Positions 54,735 to 64,000 of a stretch of 64,000 nucleotides of DNA are shown piece after piece. Within the stretch, counting starts at the first letter, position 1, and every line of letters starts with the position of its first letter. Source of the stretch: Ophelia neglecta (lineage: Eukaryota); NCBI GenBank assembly GCA_965285935.1, contig OZ260664.1:70556001-70620000 (forward strand), read 5' to 3'. The position numbers were made by a program, and so were the translations under genes. Below the pieces are notes generated by a model, which saw only the letters and a program-made list of their open reading frames with translations, ran no database searches and had not been told where the DNA came from.

Positions 54735-55425
54735 ACCACCTGGCACATCCACCACCCTCCTCACACCTTGCTGTCCCCTTCCCTCTCATCGCCCTCACCC
54801 TCTACCCTCACCCCCCCCTCTCCCTCACCCCCACACCTTCACACACCCTTCCTCCTCTCATACTTTGCTCTACCCCTCCCTCTCCTCCCCCTCCATCCCC
54901 TCACTCCTGCCCCACCCTCCCCTTACACCTTCACACACACTTCCTCCTCTCACACCTTGCTCTCCCCCTCCCTCTCCTCCCCCTCCATCCCCTCCCTCCT
55001 CCCCCACCCTCCCCTAACACCTTCACACACCCTTCCTCCTCTCATACTTTGCTCTACCCCTCCCTCTCCTCCCCCTCCATCCCCTCACTCCTGCCCCACC
55101 CTCCCCTTACACCTTCACACACACTTCCTCCTCTCACACCTTGCTCTCCCCCTCCCTCTCCTCCCCCTCCATCCCCTCCCTCCTCCCCCACCCTCCCCTT
55201 ACACCTTCACACACCCTTCCTCCTCTCACAACTTGCTCTCCCCCTCCCTCTCCTCCCCCTCCATCCCCTCACTCCTTCCCCACCCTCCTCTAACACCTTC
55301 CCACAAACCCTTCTGCCCCTTACACTTTCCTTGCTCTCCCTCTACTCCACCCTCCTGCTCCCTCCCCTCACAAGTCTCCCTCTCTCGCCTTACATCATCC
55401 TCTCTCCCCACCCCTCACATTTCCT
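54735..55425. repeat. C/T-rich repeat, about 92-bp subunits in a 184-bp period
   Basis: ccttcacacacccttcctcctctcatactttgc recurs at 54836 and 55020; almost no G on the + strand. Confidence 0.88.
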
Positions 55426-57021
55426 CTTTACACATGTACTTCAACGCCATTGTTTCCTCCTTTTAACCCTAACACTGTTTAAGGATCTGATTTCTTTAAT
55501 CTACTGAAATCTCTTAACAGATCCCTGACAATTTTCTTTTATGTTTCCACCTCCCACCCTATTACCCTGAGCTGAGGAAGTTGGTGTGATAAACTGCCCC
55601 CGGGGGAGGCCCCCTAACCCCTTTCTTCTATGTTTCTACCTGATCAGCCATTCTGTTCACTCCAAGCCAATTTGAGAACAAATCAACAGCAACAACATCA
55701 GCCATTTCTATTGGCCAATCACTTAAACTTCCTGATCGAATCACATCTAATGAAGCTTCAGAGCATTGACTTGGGAGCAGGGAGCACTGGCTAGGAGACG
55801 GTCAATAGAAGGACACTCCTTCCAAACAGGGCAGCCACAAGTAAGATGGCAGCTTTGTTGATAAACATAGTTAGATAGGAGTGTTTATCGTAAAACTGAC
55901 ACAAGATTTTCCCATAGACAAGGTCAGGGGGGCATTTTCCCATAGGCAATTTCAGGGGGGTGGGGTGGCTTTGTCACATAGGCAATGTTATGGAGGCAGG
56001 GGGAGGGGGGCTTTGCCACATGGGCAATGTCAGGGGGAGTAATTGTCTGATAAAGAAGGTCAGGGTGGCTTTGTCCCATAGGCAAGTTCGAGCTTCATTG
56101 TTTACAGTCATGTTTAAAAGTAAGTTTATCTATAGATTAGACTGCCACTAAATGTACTGTTCCAGCCAGTCAGTAAGCCCTTGCTCACATTATAGGTAAT
56201 GTTTTTTGTGCCTGAGATTAGGCCTGCTTCTAGAACTCGGGTAAATAAAAACACTGTTCAGGTGATTGTTCCGAGACGACTGCGGCTGATAGTACAGACT
56301 GTAGTTAAAGCCAGAGGACTATAAGCCTTGTTTAAGACCGTTCCATGAGGACTGTTAAGGACACAGGTTTAATACACTGTCAAGGACACAGGTTTAATAC
56401 ACTGTCAATGACACAGGTTTAATACACTGTCAGCATGTGGTGTTGATGACATTACTTATTACCATGAAGTGTTAATGATAAGTGGATCAATCCATCAAAG
56501 ACACACTGCCCCTTAATCCAGGGTGAATGACAAACTGGACCTAACACTATATAACCTAGGCTCTCTAATAAACACCAAGACTATATAAGAAACTAAACTC
56601 AAGAAAGGTGATGGAGGACAATAACTGACCATTAATTGGAGCTGAGTTCAATAACAGACCATTCTTTAACAGGCAATTAAAAAACTGACCATTCATTTAG
56701 CTGAGTATTCATTGTATCTGATTATTCATTAACTAACGAGTACAATAATTGACCACTCACTGGTGCTAAGTATAATGAATGATCACTCATGTGCTGTAAA
56801 TTAAAATATAAATGGGAATTCACTGGTGCTCAGTAAATAAATGAGAATTCATTGATGCTGAGAACAAGAAGTGAGTACTTATCAATGGTGTAATTGTGGA
56901 TTATTCACATTAACAACATTGAGACAAACTGGGGAATGGGGATGGAGGTGATAATTTGGGTATTTGCCTTAACAGGGAAAAATGACCCATCACATTTAGA
57001 GATAATACAAATACTACTTAC

Positions 57022-57085
57022 CCGGAGGAGGCCGTACTTTCTCTTCTTCTCACCTTGCCAGTGGTAGGCTTTTCGTCTGTGTTGG
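57022..57085 (-). CDS. AFF4: AFF coding exon, 64 nt, phase 1 in / phase 2 out
   Basis: Acceptor tttaattttgctattctag|CC; donor GG|gtaagt. Encodes NTDEKPTTGKVRRRESTASS(G); GG+G completes Gly with the 45140 exon. Confidence 0.75.
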
Positions 57086-57713
57086 CTAGAATAGCAAAAT
57101 TAAACATGAGATTAGCCCTGATCAGTGAACAACACTATCTATAGTAGACAATAGCACATATTAATTATCCTCAATCATGATATCCCAGCTGGCCTGGTTC
57201 TCCGCTGACGGCTTGGTTCCCTGCAGGCTGTCCAGATTATCCCTAGAAGAGAGCACAATGAGATCAGCTGGCATTAATCCATTGGCATTGCTGTAATAAA
57301 TGACAAGTGGCAGTATTCCATTGTGTGTGGGTAGCACAGCGGGCTGACACTACTGTTCAGTGCTGTCTGTACTCCCTCTGTGTAACCACACCAGCCTAGG
57401 AAACACAAAAACACCCACAAGGCTCCAAGCACAAAATATCAAATGTGAAGGAATTACACAGAGCTTGGGTAGAGCCCTAACGGAGAGTGCTGGGTGACTG
57501 GCGACGTCTTGTGAGCAGTGGTGAGTGACAATGGATTTCAGAAGCTCCACAATCTCTATTACAGAGATGGACTACGGCTGGGAACAGGTATCACAGCGCC
57601 CTCTACCTGGGTATGATAGAGAGCCTGAAACTTGGTTTTGTAGTACTACTGGATTGTGTCAGTGACTGTGGAAGGAGGGGAAGCTCAGCATGTCACAATC
57701 ACACCAGCCTATT

Positions 57714-58205
57714 ACTGGTGTATGATCACTGGTATATGATCACTGGTGTATGATCACTGGTGTGTGATCACTGGTGTGTGATCAGCGGTGTATGATCACT
57801 GGTGTATGATCAGCGGTGTATGATCGGCGGTGTATGATCACTGGTGTATGATCAGCGGTGTATGATCACTGGTATATGATCAGCGGTGTATAATCACTGG
57901 TGTATGATCACTGGTGTATGATCAGCGGTGTATGATCACTGGTGTATGATCACTGGTGTGTGATCACTGGTGTATGATCAGCGGTGTATGATCACTGGTG
58001 TATGATCACTGGTGTATGATCAGCGGTGTATGATCAGCGGTGTATGATCACTGGTGTATGATCACTGGTGTGTGATCAGCAGTGTATGATCACTGGTGTG
58101 TGATCAGCGGTGTATGATCAGCGGTGTTGATCACTGGTGTATGATCAGCGGTGTATGATCACTGGTGTTTGATCAGCGGTGTTTGATCAGCGGTGTATGA
58201 TCACT
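57714..58205. repeat. 14-bp minisatellite, about 35 copies
   Basis: tgatca(ct/gc)ggtgta. Confidence 0.96.
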
Positions 58206-58704
58206 ATCACTGGTGCTAGTGTATGTATTAATGGAAAGTCAGTACTCTTGTCTTAACAGACCAAGCACCAGGTCACACTTACAACACCTTCAAACCACAC
58301 CACCAGCCGGTTCTCATCTCACAATACTACACTACCTAGTCACATTGAATTACATGTCACATTGCTCACATTTGTTAACCCCTTTCCCACATGTGTTCAC
58401 CCCTTTCCCCAGTGGATCGACAGTCTTTGTTAAAAGGTTGACTATTGTTGTAATTGTAAGTCAGTTACACCAGATATCTGACACAATAAGTCACAAATCA
58501 AATCAGCCCTGGAGAGGTTTTGTAGCTTCTGTTGTTGACAGCCATGTCCTACATTTATCAACATCACACGACTTCTGTTTATAAGCAGACATATAAATAG
58601 GTCAAGGTAGGGGTGAAAGAGCTCTGTTAATGTAACTGTGTCACAGACCAATGTAACCTGATAGTTAATATCAGAACAGACATCATTAGATCACTATGGT
58701 GGCT

Positions 58705-59400
58705 ATATCCATGTGATCCCTAACTCTAACCATGTGATCCCTATTGATCAATATCCATGTGATCCCTATTGATCAATATCCATGTGATCCCTAACTCTAT
58801 CCATGTGATCCCTATTGATCAATATCCATGTGATCCCTAACTCTATCCATGTGATCCCTATTGATCAATATCCATGTGATCCCTAACTCTATCCATGTGA
58901 TCCCTATTGATCAATATCCATGTGATCCCTAACTCTATCCATGTGATCCCTATTGATCAATATCCATGTGATCCATATGTGTATCCATGTGATCCCTATC
59001 TCTAACCATGTGATCCCAATTGATCAATATCCATGTGATCACTATCTGTATCCATGTGATCCCTATTTATCAAGATCCATGTGACCCCTATCTCTATCCA
59101 TGTAATCCCTATTTATGTCTATCCATGTAATCCCTATTTATCAATATCCATGTGATCCCTATCTCTAACCATGTGATCCCTATTGATCAATATCCATGTG
59201 ATCACTATCTGTGTCCATGTGATCCCTATTTATCAATATTCATGTAATCCCTATTTATCAAGATCCATGTGTCCCCTATTTCTATCCATGTGATCCCTAT
59301 TGATCAATATCCATGTGATCCCTATCTCTATCCATGTGATCCCTATTGATCTCTATCCATGTGATCCTCATTGATCTCTATCCATGTAATCCCTATCAAT
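58705..59400. repeat. 21/25-bp alternating minisatellite
   Basis: atccatgtgatccctattgatcaat alternating with atccatgtgatccctaactct. Confidence 0.94.
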
Positions 59401-60005
59401 ATCTCTGATTACAAACTATAGACATGTGACCCCTGTTTCCATCCTGGTAATCCTTCCCTACATCCATGTGATTCCTACCTATATCCATGTATCCCTGTCC
59501 AACAGATTTATATGTTAGTTGTATGTGTGTAAGGATGGCAGGGAGACGGATGTAAGGAGCCTGTGTACAGATGAAGTAGTGATCAAGGCATTCCCCAAAG
59601 CTTGTAGCTAATCCTTTGTTGTTTGATGATCTCTGATCATGTAACATGCCTGATCTTGTATCAGGTTACAGCCCAGGTATCTTCCAGTCCTGTTGGATCT
59701 GATCAGGGATCAAGAGGACTCAAGGATCCTGAGGTGTCAGTGTGCTGTGATATACTCCTTATCCCTAATTCCTGGATTGACAGGGTGTGAAACAGTCTTT
59801 GGAAAAAATCCAATAACCACAGCAGAAAAGATGAGCTGGCTCAATGCACTTGGGGAGATAATCTGTGGGTGTTTATACAGGAGACAGAATGTGGTGCCTA
59901 CAATACACCAAGACAAGAGCTCCAGAATGAGGCCCACACTCTGGACAAAGGGCTGTCTCACGTGCTCGGCGATTGTCAGAGAAAGGAGCACAAACATTCA
60001 CTCAC

Positions 60006-60295
60006 GCTGATTGATCTGAGAGCTGACTAGCGGAAAGCTTTCTGACTTAGCCAGATCCCATCAAATAATATGCAGCTAGTCCAGTTGCATTTTTTCGCCT
60101 GAAGCTGGAAACAGCCGCGGGAGGCGCAGTGCTGCTGGTTAGCCCATACTAGCGCTGGGCCTGAACGATGCTTCGTTTAGTCTGTGGCTCTACAACATCA
60201 CTTGCTACTTGTGGAGCCTACGTGATCCGCAAAGCAAACGGTTACAATTTCCATTAGAATCTGTCAAAGTCGCCCGTCATTCTGCTCCTTCTAAC
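60006..60295 (-). other. candidate non-coding / poison cassette exon (290 nt)
   Basis: Acceptor attgatttttcag|G, donor C|gtgagt; stops within 14 codons in all three frames; about 14 CpGs against a CpG-poor background. Confidence 0.35.
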
Positions 60296-60699
60296 CTGAA
60301 AAATCAATACAATATGCATGCTGGGATTTCCCCCTACAAACTGAGGGATGGCAGCCTCTTAGGAAAAAAAGTAAAGTTGGCCTTAAGGACACTTGCATCT
60401 AATGAGTAAACAGGCAATACACCACCAAAAGTCTTCTCTTAAACATATCTCACAACACAGAAAGTAAACCATCTTGTTAAACAAACAGATTGGTGGAGGC
60501 TGGGTCACTTAAAAGAAATCAGCCATTCTCTACAAAAATTCCTGACACAGCTTCCTCCACTTAGCATTTACTACTAAAAACTATAGACAGTATTTATAGA
60601 AACTATGAATAAAACATAGATCATGACATGTTAATATGACTGCTGACTTCCAAAGTATTTGTATTCTCTACAGAACAAATAGCTTTAGTAGTGCACATA

Positions 60700-61052
60700 T
60701 ATAAGGTCAATTATCCTCCAGTGAAAGGGCAATTATCCACCAGTACAAGGTCAATTGTCTACCAGTTAAAGGTCAATTGTCCACCAGTACAAGGTCAATT
60801 ATCCACCAGTACAATGTCAATTGTCCACCAGTACAAGGTCAATTGTCTACCAGTTAAAGGTCATTTATCAACCAGGATCTGGTCAATTTCTACCAGTATA
60901 AGGTCAATTGTCCACCAGTACAAGGTCAATTGTCCACTAGTTAAAGGTCAACTGTCTAGCAGTAAAAGGTCAATTGTCAACCAGGACATGGTCAATTTCC
61001 ACCAGTAGAAGGTCAATTGTCAACCAGTACAAGGTCAATTGTACACCAGTAC
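60700..61052. repeat. 22-bp minisatellite, about 16 copies
   Basis: Unit aaggtcaattgtccaccagtac; degenerate relatives at about 62110-62245 and 63110-63205. Confidence 0.92.
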
Positions 61053-62399
61053 ACCAGGTATAATTCCAGGGCACAGCCCTGACAAGGTGCCTGTGTTGGC
61101 AATAACTGTATGGCTAACTCTACAATGCTGCAATGACAAGGTGCCCAGTGATTGGGACTGTGTAATTCAAAGATAGTTGCTATCTTGTGGATGAAAGATT
61201 AGCTGTCATGATATCTTGAGAAGTCAGTTCTTTATGAAGGCTGAAATTTTATTGGTAGAGCCTTTTCTGGTGACCTCATTTGGACCAATCGCATTATTTG
61301 TCTCTCCAGATCTTCGATCATTAGTTTGAAGATTCATTCAAGTGGCCCCTACTGCACCAACACAAACACACGTGTGGAAACAAAGTTCTGCCTTAGGTTC
61401 ATGCATTCAATCCACTCGAAGGGAAACAGTGTATCAAACTATTGACAGGGAATAGCTATCAAAGAAAAATTTCTGCCAACACATGGGCAATTTCTAAAAT
61501 GAACATTAAATACCAACTGTGAAAATATTATATTAGGTGCATCAAAGCTGTAAACCACTTTTAAACAATTAAACTACTTGGACATATCTATTTTAAACTG
61601 ATAGCTCAATTACACTGAAAGTTATAAATGTTTTTCTCAGCACTCATTTAATAATAAAGATATATATCTATGCAGGCCATGCTTAGAGGAAATCAGTTAT
61701 GTATCACTTTACCTAATTTCCCATAAGCTCAAGCTACTAGTAAATATGTTCTAAGTTTCCATCTTTAGAACTGTTAATCTAAATTCTAAAGACTTATTTT
61801 GAAAAAATTGATTGTGCTACTTGAATATTTTTTATACTGATCTGTTAATTGGGTTGATTCCATTTTTACTCAAAATCTTGCCAAATCAATCCAGGACCTA
61901 AGCACTCTTATAATGCATATACAGACCCTTTCTATTAATTTTTTTCTGGGGGGGGGGGTATGTCAAGACCCCCCTAGCAAGCATTTCGCAAGCCAGAGCT
62001 ATAGCATTGTTAAATGATCCAGGAGGACTGCCCCATTCATTGTTGGAAAAAGGCCCATTGACCCTAGAAAGTTCATTGTCTGCTCTGGAATTATCCCTGG
62101 TACATGAGACAGTCAATTGTCCATCATTAATAGGTCAAATGTCTACAATAACAAGGTCATTTGCCTACCATTACAAGGTCAATTGTCCACATGTACGCAG
62201 TCAATTGTCTGCCAGTAAAATGGCAATTGTTAATCAGTACACAGTCATTTCTCAGTATCCAAGATACCTCTAACTAGTATGCTGTCTATTATATTTGCTT
62301 TTTCAAATTTCCTTGGTGACCTATTGTTCTGCCATTACTATACAGCTTCAATGAAGACACTGTTAATTGGGACATTGCAGAGTTCTATGCAATATGAAT

Positions 62400-63900
62400 A
62401 AGATATATGAACTGGTAGACGGACAGAGAAAACCGTGGAAATAAAAGGAGCTCAAGCCATCTGATCACGACGTTTCTGAGCCTCACATGAAACTTTTATA
62501 TATAGATGGCATCCATTTTAATAGGCAAACATCAACTATCCAAACTTTCGGCTTAACCAAAGCAAATATTTATTCCTCCCGAGATCCCAAATACTTGATT
62601 ACTAGCTTTCAACACTTTCAACCGTAGTTTATTACCGTCCAGCGGTGTCAAAGGCCATCTGTGGTAATAAGCATGAAAAGGGCTGCCTTTGATTTCTAAA
62701 TATTTTGATTTTATCAATCGTTCAACGGCTCTCATATTTTTCACTCTTCTGACGGTCGTGCAACCTCATAATAACTAAAGCCGCATCAATTGACCTTCTC
62801 GATCTGACAAATGTTTTACTGGAATATAAGCATAATGTATCAAACTTTTGAGCTCATTTTTGGCAGTTCATTCACTATCTTTATAGAAAACATTGGCCCA
62901 AATGGCTAAATGGCACAAAAATAGTTAGCACTATTCATGTGTTTTCATATTTTAGAGATGTTTTATTAGCCTACTAGGTGTCTCATCATTGGCCTACTAC
63001 AAACAGGCCAACACAGCTTCTCATAGTGGTCAGAAATAGTACCACAAGCGCCACCGTCGGACGGACATCAGCGCCTCCCAGTGCCAGAAAAAAGTGGCAA
63101 TATGGATACTGAGAATTGTCCGCCATTAGAGGGTCAATAGTCCACCAGTCAACAGACAATTGTCCACCATAAAGAGGTCAACAGTGTAAAGTCAACTGTC
63201 CAACACAACAAAGGCACTCTTAGAGAGTTCTCTGCTACATGTAAATCACTTGCAGTCTTAGGCAGTTCTTAAGTTATAATTTTCAGCAGAGACAATAAAA
63301 TCGTGATCACCCCTTACCATACGACATAAGACTTGTGTAACGCTACTGTGAAGCGTTACACAATCTATAACCGATACACTGATTCAATGGACAGGTATGG
63401 CCAGTATTTAAGATGTCTCAATCTATCGTGTCATTATTCTACAGTTGCTCCTAAATGGAACGCTTTTCCACAATCAAACTTTTGCTGCCTGCGCCAGTTA
63501 AGTCGTAACATGCAATAAACGACAGATTTGCCCAGGTATCGAAGTTTCAATCGCTGTAACGTGGCCATTTCGGCCGAGAAAACCTATGCAAAACAGTAAG
63601 CCCAATCAAGCCCATGGGGATTGATGACAAAGTACAATAGAATACAACATTAGCTGCTCACCAGATGGCAGCACATCTCAATATATAAAGCAAAGGTGCC
63701 TTTAATACTTTTTTAGTCACTACAGATGCATAATGGCGACGGCCGTGGTAGCTTGATTTCAGCTCGGAAACTGCAAAACTACATAATTGGCACAAAATTT
63801 AGCTTGCCCCGTATACTTTTAGTTTATCTGTGCCGGAGATGCCATACGGGTATAAGTATTAAATCACCATATATAGAAATGTCTATATATAAATGGCATG
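62400..63900. promoter_or_regulatory. CpG-retaining regulatory region with CTCF- and YY1-like motifs
   Basis: TCACCAGATGGCAGCAC at 63658-63674 (near-consensus CTCF); GGCACTGGGAGGCGCTG on the minus strand at 63069-63085; GGCCATTT YY1-like site near 63563-63570; visibly higher CpG density than the rest of the window. Confidence 0.4.
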
Positions 63901-64000
63901 CTAAATACTGGTGACCCAGTATAATCAAGTACCAGTACACAAGTCTGTAGGACATGAAGTATTTTCAGTACATATTTAGTATATTCGACCTGTCTGCACT

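Noticed and set aside
54710-55507. Pro/Ser/Leu-rich extensin-like ORFs
   Set aside because: Low-complexity C/T DNA that lacks stop codons by composition.
2377-61052. Many minisatellite units contain 6-bp palindromes (GTTAAC, CCATGG, GGTACC, GGATCC, TGATCA, CAATTG)
   Set aside because: About 1 in 64 positions starts a 6-bp palindrome by chance; over the summed unit lengths the observed number is not clearly in excess.

Overview
Eukaryotic (metazoan) genomic DNA: AT-rich and CpG-depleted, with GT-AG introns. A lophotrochozoan/mollusc-like origin is inferred from the SINE type. The whole window lies inside one large minus-strand gene of the AF4/FMR2 family (AFF1-4 / Drosophila lilliputian), the scaffold of the super elongation complex. 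Five phase-compatible coding exons splice by hand: 57085-57022, 45140-45083, 43796-43753, 11294-11126 and 8726-6979, plus a likely sixth at 3442-3375. They give ...RRRESTASSG|SCMLAKDLDVSSSDSEDER|KPVSKPSQVANKPDS|TRKQSTMSSKQSDSSESSSSDS...EERKE|PPNLWSLDRW..., i.e. the pSER region (DLxLS-, SDE- and NKW-like motifs), an AT-hook and an ENL/AF9-binding motif. The N-terminal cyclin T/ELL-binding exons and the C-terminal homology domain were not found and presumably lie outside the window. The introns hold about 25 unrelated minisatellite or low-complexity arrays, two copies of a tRNA-derived SINE, a hAT MITE with an 8-bp TSD and a multi-hairpin foldback element. Nearly all other long ORFs in the track are translated tandem repeats. 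There is no CRISPR array, rRNA or prokaryotic system. Best novel candidates: (1) an internal first exon (Kozak ATG, MLFDLERLVP, phase-matched donor) with a C/EBP-ATF-type promoter, predicting an N-terminally truncated AFF isoform; (2) a minisatellite that has amplified an exon's 5' splice site; (3) EEGEI (ARS2-type) and IDVV (WDR5 WBM-type) motifs in the AFF protein; (4) a CpG-rich stop-containing cassette exon and a CpG/CTCF/YY1-rich region at the right end.
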